DNA from: Macrostomum lignano
Taxonomy: Eukaryota
DNA length: 64,000 nt
Reading direction: 5' to 3'
NCBI GenBank assembly: GCA_002269645.1
Contig: NIVC01002033.1
Location: 1-64,000, forward strand
A model generated the notes under the pieces. The model was not told the origin of the DNA. It ran no database searches and saw only the letters and a list, made by a program, of their open reading frames with translations. The position numbers and the translations under genes were made by a program. Positions 1-9,952 of the stretch are shown one piece after another. How positions within the stretch are numbered: the first letter of the stretch is position 1; each line of letters begins with the position of its first letter.

Positions 1-890
1 GTGCCAATTTAAGCTTGTTGCGACTATACGGCCTGATAGAAGTCCGTAACATGCTTCATTTTGCTGTTTGCAATCGTCGAGCACAATTTCGTTCTTGAAC
101 AAAGCATTTCGCGCATTTTTCAGGCAGTGAGGGATATCAATGATGACAAAAACAGGCTCGTTTGTCACTGGGTGGTGCAGAAACGGCTTGGAAGAGCTTG
201 GTAGCTCCACTGGCTTGTCTCTTGGTCTGCAACCAAAGCTACAACGATAATTCCTGCATGATGACACGCCGTCAGACAACTTTCAATCGCGTTACGAAAA
301 CCTTCCTGTCCGAGACTCCGATGCGCAGGGTAATATGCAATCGATTGCTTCCAGTTGTGCAAAATACCGCGAACTACGCCTGCTACCGCTTCGTCTACAA
401 CTTTTGGTGCATCCGCTTGAGCAGGATCAGTCTCAAAGCCAATTATCTTGTCCTTGTACTGGCTGTAACGCACACATCCTGACAAGCTCATTCCATCAAA
501 GCAAAGAGTGGCCACTCGCTCTTTCTCTGTGCAGTCTTGCAACTTTTTTCTCATCAGCTTCATGGTAACTTCACAAACGCCTTCTTCCTGAAAAAACAAT
601 CTGATGCGCCGCTTAATTGACGTCTCTGATGGAAATGGCATCTTCCACTGATCTCGCAGAAGTCGGTACGCGGCAGGACTTTTGTGATGCACTTGAATAG
701 CAGAGCAGATGTCTTCGACAGCCCAATGCATGCCACGGTGGCGAGACTTTGTTTGCTTCATAGAGCTCTGCACTAGACGGTGGAGGGCGCTGCTGCTGCT
801 GCTGCTGAACTTTCCAACCTGCGAGTCTTCGATTTTGCGCCGCAGCTTATCGATCGTCTTCTCCTGCCGACACAGCTTTCGTCGCTGTGT
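1..890 (-). mobile_element. Degenerate P-element/THAP9-type transposase fragment, runs off the window start
   Basis: ORF 165-773 has P-transposase features (KSPAAYRLLR..KMPFPSETSIKR, TLCFDGMSL, GVVRGILHNWKQSIAY, VVALVADQ). The frame extends upstream to a tttag acceptor at 890. Downstream, frameshifted pieces give PFLHHPVTNEPVFVIIDIP/CLKNARNAL, the D-x-P-H-x-x-K-N-x-R-N motif. Confidence 0.8.
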
Positions 891-1097
891 CTAAAGAAAT
901 TGTCTAAATGCTAGTACTTTAGGATGCCTAGGCATTTTTCAGTTGACTTCTTTAACTTGCACTCTCTCCCTCAAGTTACATGTAGCTAGAAATTTCTAGG
1001 TAGAAATTCTAGAAAAGTCTGATTGCTTTAGCTATGGCAGTTGAAGCCTTTTCACTAACATTCTTTAGACAAACGAATCAAAATCTTTTTCATCAAA

Positions 1098-1150
1098 ATG
1101 CCAATGAAGTGCTGCGTCCAAGGATGCCGAAACAATTCAGGATTGCGTTC
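1098..1150 (+). other. Possible truncated THAP zinc-finger N-terminus
   Basis: MPMKCCVQGCRNN matches the M-x-x-x-C-C-V-x-G-C-x-N start of THAP domains, then switches abruptly into LINE sequence. Confidence 0.35.
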
Positions 1151-1159
1151 ACTGACGTC

Positions 1160-1860
1160 TCTGCTCTGCCAAAAACTACGAGCTCATGGTGTCCGGCGAC
1201 CTCAACGCCCACCATACTCACTGGGGCAGCACTGGCATCAATCAGAGAGGCGAAGACCTCATAGCCTACGTTGCCTCTACGATCCTCGAGTTTTGCAACT
1301 CTGGGTCCACCCCTACATTTGACAACGGACGGTGGTCGGAGGTGATCGACGCCACACTCGCAACACACAAGCTCTACTAGAGTATTGGGGCGTGGCGGGT
1401 GCTTCCAGCGTCCTCACTCCCGATCACAAGTTCATTTCCTTCAACCTGATGGCCGCGCGTAGCGCAAATCGTGTTACGTGGAGACCAGAACGCCAGAAAC
1501 ACTGATTGGGAAACCTTCGGGCTCGCCCTGAAGGAGTTCCATCGGCCAACCATTCACCATCACGTCATGCCAATAAGCAAATGAGTGGGCGACTGTGCTG
1601 ACAGAAACGCTAACCGCCGCCTTTGAGGCATCCTGCCCTTTAAAAGCCTATAAAGGGAAAAATCCGCGCCGTGGTGGAATCTAAGCGACTCCACCGCAGA
1701 GCAACTAAAACTAAGAGCCCATCGGACCAAACCGCCTATCATGAAGTAGTCCATGAGTTTAAAAGGCAGGTTAGGAACGCGACAGCTCAGAATTGCGTCA
1801 ATACTACGAGGAGCTAGAGGGCTCACGCCCGACCTTCAGAACTGTGAAAGCCCTTAAACT
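1160..1860 (+). mobile_element. Non-LTR retrotransposon fragment (apurinic-type endonuclease domain), degenerate
   Basis: ELMVSGDLNAHHTHWGS...NQRGEDL...NSGSTPTF...SEVIDATLAT followed by DHKFISF and KTDWETF: the GDxNAH, PTF, ID and DH motifs of the LINE ORF2 endonuclease. Confidence 0.8.
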
Positions 1861-1873
1861 GGACAAAATGTCT

Positions 1874-2092
1874 TAGAGCTTTCTGTTCATCCCTTGAGAC
1901 AGGTTCTTCAGAAAGGTTACTCGCTGTCTTCCACGATCTCTTTTTCCTTCAATCTTCCCAGTCTCTGACAGCTGCTCGATTCCTCCCTTCCTCACAATAT
2001 GACCAGAGAACTTCGCCTGCCGTCTCCGAATGTTCGCCATCAACCTCCTTTTACAGTCAGCTCTTAGTAGAACAACTTCATTCGCTGCGTGA
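1874..2092 (-). mobile_element. RTE/BovB-like LINE ORF2 C-terminal fragment
   Basis: Manual translation ANEVVLLRADCKRRLMANIRRRQAKFSGHIVRKGGIEQLSETGKIEGKRDRGRQRVTFLKNL matches the RTE-clade GHIxR...GKIEGKRxRGRQR tail. Confidence 0.75.
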
Positions 2093-2411
2093 AGATGTCA
2101 AGCCTGCAGTGGCATTATTTAGATTTTGAATTGCCCGATCGAATTACGAACGAATCGAGCTTGGGAAGTCACGCCCCATAGACTACACGCGCGTCTGAAG
2201 CCTTACACGAAGCGCGCAGACTTTCTACTTTGAATCCTAATATCTAGGAATGGGAGCTGGAACTGACCAAAAAGATTGAATTTCAAAATCAATCAAAATC
2301 GCTGAGGTCACGCAAAATCGGTCAGGTTAGCCTACTTTTATCTACCTAAGGTATTTAAGGATTTGTTTGGCCATAGTAACTAGCCCTATAGTTGACGATC
2401 AAGCTGCATCA

Positions 2412-5029
2412 ATGGCTCATTATGTCGCTGGAAGCTCAGATAATGTTCAGCAGGAGACGATTCTGCTTGAGCAGTTTAAACAGCAGATTGTTACTCACCT
2501 GCTGATTACCCTCGAAGTCCACAGTCGGATGGAGTGCGGGACTATCAAGACAATGACACGGATGAAGAGGACTGCGATGCGACAGTTGAATCAGCCAGAC
2601 GCTTTGCTCAAACTGATGACAATCTGCGCAGGTGATCTACTCAGCTATCTACTCATCTAAGTGCTGACGTACTCAGCTATCTACTCATCTAGATACTGAC
2701 ATACTCAGCTATCTACTCATCTAGATACTGACATACTCAGCTATCTACTCATCTAGCTACTAATCTAGCTGCTCATCTACTCATCTAAGTGCTGACGTAC
2801 TCAGCTATCTACTCATCTAGATGCTGACATACTCAGCTATCTACTTATCTAGCTACTAGCTGCTCATCTACTCATATATTTTTTATTACAGTAGGGGCTG
2901 TGTGCACCCTGGGCGCACTTTAAGCGACACTGCCACACAACCCATTCCGCCGACTCCCCTGAGCAGGCACACAAGCGCACGGATACGTACGCAGTCATAC
3001 GCACAGGCACACACTCACACAGGAGTGTACAGCGGCCCTAACTTTATTTATCGTTAGGCATGTACACTTCACTGTGCCTTGGGGGTTGGTCCTCAAGGCC
3101 GTTAATTGCACGAGCAGAGCCAAGCCGGGATTCCAATTTAGCCCCACATCTGAGCCGCTGGCACATTAGAGTGCCGCACTAGACTAGGATTCGGCCCCCC
3201 TTACTCATCTGTCTAGTCGTCTGTTTACATAGCTGCAGTACAAACAAATCTAACAGATGGCTAGTCGCCCGCAACTGGGACCTGGATTCGGCGGTCGCAA
3301 TGTACAATACCGCTGCCGACTTCCGTCTGCGTCATCGGCCGGAACGGCTGCTCACTCCGCAGGCTGAGCAGCGCCTGCCGGAGGTCCTTCGCCGCCATCT
3401 GTCCGGCGGTTTTGTCGGCTTCGATCGCTCGGGTCGGCCAGTTCGAGTCGAACTATTCGGCGCCCTGGATCTGCCCGGACTATTGCGCGCCAGTCGATGG
3501 CGCCATCTGCGCCGAGCCAAACTGCGCGAGTGCGAATTGGCGCTGCGCCTTTGCCGGCGCCAGACCCGGCGCCTTGGCCGGCCGGTGATCGGTATGACAG
3601 TGATTTTCGACATGGCTGGTGCTACGGCGCGTTTTCTATGGCCGCCGGGAGTGACCGCCTACCTGCGGCTGGTCCGAATGCTGGAGGATAATTATCCCGA
3701 ACTTGTCAGCCAGCTGCTGGTGGTCAATAGTCCCACAGTAGGCAAACCTCGATTTGGGAATGATTAGTCACAGATATGTTTGAATTGGATCTAGTCAGAT
3801 TGGTGACTAGATTAGTCAGATTGGTGACTAGATTAGTCAGATTAGTGACTAGATTAGTCAGATTGGTGACTAGATTAGTCAGATTGGTGACTAGATTAGT
3901 CAGATTAGTGACTAGATTAGTCAGATTAGTGACTAGATTAGTCAGATTGGTGATTAGATTAGTCAGATTGGTGACTAGATTAGTCAGATTGGTGACTAGA
4001 TTAGTCAGATTGGTGACTAGATTAGTCAGATTAGTGACTAGATTAGTCAGATTGGTGACTAGATTAGTCAGATTAGTGACTAGATTAGTCAGATTGGTGA
4101 CTAGATTAGTCAGATTGGTGACTAGACTAGTCAGATTGGTGACTAGACTAGTCAGATTGGTGACTAGATTTGTTAGGTTGGTGACTAGATTAGTCAGATT
4201 GGTGACTAGATTAGTCAGATTGGTGACTAGATTAGTCAGATTAGTGACTAGATTAGTCAGATTAGTGACTAGATTAGTCAGATTAGTGACTAGATTAGTC
4301 AGATTGGTGATTAGATTAGTCAGATTGGTGACTAGATTAGTCAGATTGGTGACTAGATTAGTCAGATTGGTGACTAGATTAGTCAGATTGGTGACTAGAT
4401 TAGTCAGATTGGTGACTAGATTAGTCAGATTAGTGACTAGATTAGTCAGATTGGTGACTAGATTAGTCAGATTGGTGACTAGATTAGTCAGATTAGTGAC
4501 TAGATTAGTCAGATTAGTGACTAGATTAGTCAGATTGGTGACTAGATTAGTCAGATTGGTGACTAGATTAGTCAGATTAGTGACTAGATTAGTCAGATTG
4601 GTGATTAGATTAGTCAGATTGGTGACTAGATTAGTCAGATTGGTGACTAGACTAGTCAGATTGGTGATTAGATTTGTTAGGTTGGTTCCTACACTAGTGA
4701 TATCGGTTGGACTGCATCAATAAAATATGAACTCCCAATCCGCACAGGTGTTTCCGTTACTGTACCGCCTTTGCCAGCCGTTGCTATCCACAGCTATGCG
4801 CAACAAAATCCACGTGCTCAGCAGCGACCCGCGGCAGGCTACGATGGAGCTACTGGATCGAGTCGCGTCCGACCAGCTGCCCGCTTATTTAGGCGGCGAA
4901 TTGCGAGATGAAAACGGCGATCCGCGTTGTTCGTCGAAAATCTGTCAGGGAGGACGCGTGGCGGCTGGTTACTATGGCAACGAGAGCGCCGACGGTGCTA
5001 GCGGCAGCGGAGACAGCGATATTGATTGA
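2412..5029 (+). CDS. SEC14-like (SEC14L2/3 family) CRAL-TRIO lipid-binding protein. Exons about 2412-2631 (one frameshift), 3257-3737, 4748-5029
   Basis: Splicing gives TDDNLR-R-WLVARNWDLDSAVAMY (CRAL-TRIO N motif), then GFDRSGRPV, VIFDMAG, LEDNYPE..LLVVNSP-T/VFPLLY..PLLS..RNKIHVL, DQLPAYLGG. GT-AG sites are in phase. No GOLD domain seen before the stop. Confidence 0.85.
2640..2875. repeat. Intronic minisatellite, 32-bp unit (actcagctatctactcatctagatactgacat)
   Basis: Direct tandem copies with a 32-nt period in SEC14-like intron 1. Confidence 0.85.
2885..3045 (-). repeat. Interspersed repeat, SINE/LINE-3prime-like, related to 34666-34835
   Basis: The reverse complement shares agggccgctgtacac-cctgtgtgag, tgcgtac, cgcttgt, ggaatggg and cagggtgc..cagccc with the second copy, and is followed by an A-rich tail. 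Confidence 0.55.
3785..4680. repeat. Intronic minisatellite, 21-bp unit (ctagattagtcagattggtga)
   Basis: About 40 tandem units; source of the spurious (RLVTRLV)n ORF. Confidence 0.97.
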
Positions 5030-5673
5030 TTGAGTCGTTTTTAGTTGCTAGAGGGTTAAGTGTATCGTTCTGCTTGAGAGTTAGTGAGTTCATTGTTTGC
5101 AGCTTGTTTGCAGACTTGCGTTTCGGTCCCCATGAAGAGAATTACACGGCAAATATCACAGGCAAATTTTAATGCACTGGCCCGAAACGAATGACGTCGT
5201 GCACGGAATCAAAGCTTGGGTACTTTGTTGGAAAAGTCGTCGCCACCAGCTCGTTTTAATCTTGAAGGTGGCTCTCAGCGTGAAACGCATCAACAAGGAC
5301 TACTCAAACTACTCCTAGGTGCTCAAGGGAGTTTGTCAGAGCTTCCCTGTGTTTCAGCGTTATGCTGCTTGACGGTGTCGACCACTGCCTGACGCAATGC
5401 CACATCGAATTTAGGCTTAAAAAAATGAGTTACAATAATCAATTATCTGCAAACAAGCCCAAGTGATTGATGAAATTAAAATTGTTTAAATTAAAAGAAG
5501 CTTAATTTCTGATGAGATGTAAAACAAAACGTTCAAGCGATGTTATATTTAGTTAAACTGATCAGTCTGGAGTCAGAAGTTCAGAGTCCGGTCGTCTGTG
5601 AGTTGTCGTCAGTGCCAGCGAGTCTCAAGCTCCGATGAAGTGAGCTGGATGTCAGGTGTGGCTGCGGTAGCAT

Positions 5674-5868
5674 TTAACCAAGCCTAATCCTAGCCCTGAC
5701 CCTGACAAACTTCTTGGCGTTGTCGACGGCCTCCTCCGACATGCTGGACTCGTCCACGTTGGACAGAGCCTCCAGAACGGCCATGGCCTCAGCCTTCTCC
5801 TCCTGGGTGGGCACGGCGACAGCCAGGGCTGCGCACAGCAAAAGTCCGAGAGCGAGTTGCCACTTCAT
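5674..5868 (-). CDS. Secreted prepropeptide copy 1 (64 aa): signal peptide, acidic propiece, KK, FVRVRARIRL-G
   Basis: Intact ATG-TAA single-exon ORF with a hydrophobic signal (MKWQLALGLLLCAALAVA), a Glu/Asp-rich spacer, a dibasic site and a terminal Gly. The near-identical paralog keeps the frame. Confidence 0.8.
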   Translation of the reverse strand: MKWQLALGLLLCAALAVAVPTQEEKAEAMAVLEALSNVDESSMSEEAVDNAKKFVRVRARIRLG

Positions 5869-6529
5869 GATTGCTTGAGTAGGATCGATTCGAGTGTTTG
5901 AGCTGAGTCGAGTCTGAGCTTGTTATCTTGAGCAGTCGGCAGATGCGAATTTATGCACATCGGATTGGCACGTGTTTCCGGTCGGAGCGGCGACGTTGGT
6001 TGAGTTGAAAGCCTTCATGTGAGCAGGGCGGAGCAGATACTGCATGGCTTGCTTGTCTGTGAAGATTAGACAGCATTGTTTGCTTCATGACAGCTCAGCA
6101 ATCAAAAGTGTGTTTAACAGAGTTTTCTCAGTGCAAGTGTATGCAGCTGAACAGTCTATTTGACTCTTATGACCTTTTTATGATTTTGATTGACACTTTA
6201 TTGACTCTGAAGTGCTCATCGTTTTGGGCCATTGGCGAGAATTACACGAAAAGCCACAGTTCGGTCAGCTGCGAGCTGTCAAGTTCAGTCAGCCTCAGTC
6301 TTTGATTAAGCGACTTCGATATCAGATCTAGCCAATATAATCCCTGTTAGCCGCCTCATACGAATATATAGATTGTGTGCTTACAGGAAAGCTGTTTAAG
6401 TTATTCCCCTGACCTAGTTAGTCTTCGATTGCCAAAAACGTGTGAGCCACAGGGCTCAAAATAGAACAAGCGTAACAGTGATGAACTGCTCAACAGGAGG
6501 ATTTATTTTGTAGCTGCTTGCTACATCGC

Positions 6530-7563
6530 CAATGAAGCTGCTTGTCGCCTTCCGTTCCAACGGAAAACAGCACCGCCGACGATTGCGATCAAACCCTGGA
6601 GATAGACGTCTCGGCTGAAGAGAGCCGATGCCTTCAACCATTGGAGGCAATCGCGAAAGTCAATAAGTGGGAGGAGGACGTCCTGAAGACACGCATTCAT
6701 CGATCAGCTCGGTAAAAAAGCTTTTAACCTGCTGGCCTTACTCCCTCACAAACCACAAGACAAGACTTTCGACGAGCTGAAGGAACTTCTAAAGAATCAA
6801 AGGCGATAAAGGTCAGGACTGGTCTATCGGTACGTCTTTCACTATCTGAAGCAAGAGGATAGCGAAGACACACCTGCTGCTTACTCCAGAAGGCTTCATC
6901 AGGCGGTCGAGAGCTTCGAATTGACAGGCCTGAACGATAGGCTCCGCCACCAGTTTTTATTTGGCTTGGCCATCAAGTAGATTGTCAGAAAGCTCCTTAA
7001 GGAAAAATTGAAGGACATCACTTGGGAGAAGGTGAAGTCTGGTCAGTGCATGTGAAGCTGTCCCGTGCGGCGAAGGAGAAATGAAAGGGAGTGACGCTTT
7101 GTTAATCAATAAGACAGCCCCACAATGCAAGCTGGATGCGCGACACAAGGATCACAAAGCATTCCAGTCTCATGGGAAGTGAAATCAATGGAACTGTGGC
7201 AGGGACGGAAGAGAACGGGAAGTGGTGCCTAGTGCACCCAGACTACTACGCTGGACCTTTCAAGGGACAAGCACCTACTTTTACTCGTTGACGCCTAAAG
7301 TAAATTGGCCGAGGGACATGTTACATGCTGCGCAGTCGACTACATCGGCAGAAACCCTCCGGCAGTAAATGGGCCGATGGGCATGTTACATGCTGCGCAG
7401 TCGACTACATCCGCAGAAACACTCCGGCGCTTCTGGAGAACATTTTACTATTATGAATTCTTGGACGGCACCAAGGACTACTGGGTAGGAGTGTTAGGCG
7501 TCTCATAAAATATCTATCTCATAAATAAAGCTGCTTGTCACCTTCCGTTCATTGCAAAACTGA
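6530..7563 (+). mobile_element. Internally deleted, degenerate Gypsy-like LTR retrotransposon
   Basis: Gag-like pieces (KPQDKTFDELKELLKN; LNDRLRHQFLFGL), an integrase piece (DYYAGPF..LLVDA*SKWPE-like), and a direct repeat aagctgcttgtc(g/a)ccttccgttc at about 6535 and 7527 consistent with LTR ends. Confidence 0.6.
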
Positions 7564-8086
7564 CAATCCCCAATCTAAAAGGTCTTACTCGGGTCCAAAA
7601 CACGCTGGGAAACTTCCGGCCGCACAAAATACAGATAATGAAGCTCAGAGCCCGGGCTGTCGATGAACCGTAGAATCGTGCCTGTTCTTGCAGGTATGGC
7701 ACCATACCTCAGCGTGAAATGCGTCAACTACTCGTAGGTTCTCCAGGGAGTTAGTCAGAGCTTCCTGTGTCTTAGCGCAATACTGCTTGACGGTGTCGAC
7801 CACTGCCTTACGCAATGCCACCATTTTGCTTTCGGGAGCACTAGACTTGCCCGCGACGCATTTTTCCTGCATTGCACTTTTTCCCCAATGCTTTGTAGCC
7901 GTTGATAAAGAGATTTAGCAAATCAAAACCTTCCAGTAGTAACTATCAAGTTACAATCAATGATTATCTTCAAATAATTTCAAGTACCAGTTCACTACGC
8001 AAAGACTGGACTGGCGACTAGGCGAAATTCAAAATGTTCAATAAGACGAAGCTTAATGTTCTGCTGAGATCTTAAACAATAACCTA

Positions 8087-8470
8087 GCTCTTGATGTTAT
8101 ATTTTGTTAAACTGATCAGTCAATAATTATGCCGTCAGGAGTCAGAGTTCAGAGTGAATTCGTCAGTGCCAGCGAGTCTCAAGCTCCGATAAAGCGAGCT
8201 GGATGTCAGGTGTGGCTCTTGATGTTATATTTTGTTAAACTGATCAGTCAATAATTATGCCGTCAGGAGTCAGAGTTCAGAGTGAATTCGTCAGTGCCAG
8301 CGAGTCTCAAGCTCCGATAAAGCGAGCTGGATGTCAGGTGTGGCTCTTGATGTTATATTTTGTTAAACTGATCAGTCAATAATTATGCCGTCAGAAGTCA
8401 GAGTTCAGAGTGAATTCGTCAGTGCCAGCGAGTCTCAAGCTCCGATGAAGTGAGCTGGATGTCAGGTGTG
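8087..8470. repeat. 128-bp unit triplicated immediately 3-prime of peptide gene copy 2
   Basis: Units start at 8087, 8215 and 8343. A single diverged homologous copy lies 3-prime of gene copy 1 (about 5540-5665). Confidence 0.92.
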
Positions 8471-8483
8471 GCTGCGGTAGCAT

Positions 8484-8678
8484 TTAACCAAGCCTAACCC
8501 TGACCCTAGCCCTGACAAACTTCTTGGCGTGGTCGACGGCCTCCTCCGACATGCTGGACTCGTCCACGTTGGACAGAGCCTCCAGAACGGCCATGGCCTC
8601 AGCCTTCTCCTCCTGGGTAGGCACGGCGACAGCCAGGGCTGCGCACAGCAAAAGTCCGAGAGCGAGTTGCCACTTCAT
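8484..8678 (-). CDS. Secreted prepropeptide copy 2 (64 aa): predicted mature FVRARVRVRL-G
   Basis: Same architecture as copy 1; 7 nucleotide differences in 195 nt. Confidence 0.8.
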   Translation of the reverse strand: MKWQLALGLLLCAALAVAVPTQEEKAEAMAVLEALSNVDESSMSEEAVDHAKKFVRARVRVRLG

Positions 8679-9952
8679 GATTGCTTGAGTAGGATCGATT
8701 CGAGTGTTTGAGCTGAGTCGAGTCTGAGCTTGTTATCTTGAGCAGTCGGCAGATGCGAATTTATGCACATCGGATTGGCACGTGTTTCCGGTCGGAGCGG
8801 CGACGTTGGTTGAGTTGAAAGCCTTCATGTGAGCAGGGCGGAGCAGAGACTGCATGGCTTGCTTGTCTGTGAAGATTAGGCAGAATTGGTTTGCTCGATG
8901 ACAGCTCTGCAATCAAAAGAGTGTTTAACAGTTTCGTCAGTGCAAGTGTATGCAGCTGAATAGTCTATTTGACTCTTATGACTCTTTATGACTTTGATTG
9001 ACGTTCGCTTGCATAGTAAAGCGTAATGACAGTCTAAGTTTAGTTAAGTTTAAATGACAGTTCAGTGCAACCGAGTTGCTAAGGCACTAAGCAGGCACAT
9101 ATTTAGACTCCTTAGACACTTTACTCCTTAAGAATTGGCTTGAGAAGTACAGAGTGCAGTCTATTTGTGTTCCGTGCTGCTATAGCCTTCCGGATGCTCT
9201 GGGACGCCTTGGAGACCAATTTTCATGTACTAGCCCCAATTTAATGATGTCGAGCACGGAATTGAGTCGAGCACGGAACTGCACTTACAGTTCGAGAGTC
9301 GGACACTGAGCTACAATAAGTACAACCGAATGAGCTGCAATCGTATTGGTCTACGTTAAATAAATGTTCATGTTTATGTGGCGCAGTAGGCTTACGAATA
9401 TTCTTGGTAGCTCGTACATCTAAACCGCGGGATGTGTAGCCATGCCATTGAAATCTAGTGGCGGCTTCACTATACCGGTCATTAATATTTGTTATTTTTG
9501 AACTCTTCTCCTTTAGTTCAGTTACAAATTTTTCACTAGACAAAAACTGCACCAACTAAAAATACAATCTAATAATTACCGGGTTCGGATCCGCTGAGCT
9601 CTGTTTGAGTAAGAACACCGCTCAATTCAAATTTCGTGTTTGGATTATTAAAAAGTAAGACATAGAGAAAGCTTCTCATTTCTTCATTTAAAAGGTTATT
9701 TGCATATTAGCTGTATGTTTTTTTTAAAATATTGTATATTATTCTTTATTGTAGATGTTTACAGGTGAAGTAGTAGTTATTTGCGGCAAAAGGTACCGTT
9801 TATACCAATAACCCGCCAGGTGTAAAATAGCTTTAGATGCATTAAATTGTTTTTGTTGCCAGATCGACCGTAGTGGAACCGTATTACACATCAACGGTGA
9901 AAATGAATTGGAGAAACTGAGGCGCCCCTGTGTTGGGACATTGTGGGAATCA

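Noticed and set aside
3776-4723. 315-aa (RLVTRLV)n ORF
   Set aside because: Read-through of a 21-bp satellite inside a GT-AG intron whose removal restores the CRAL-TRIO domain.
7645-7872. 75-aa ORF with a CxxC..H motif
   Set aside because: No recognisable family, and its duplicate at about 5290-5410 is degenerate.
9241-9555. 104-aa ORF
   Set aside because: No motif, splice context or homology I can support.
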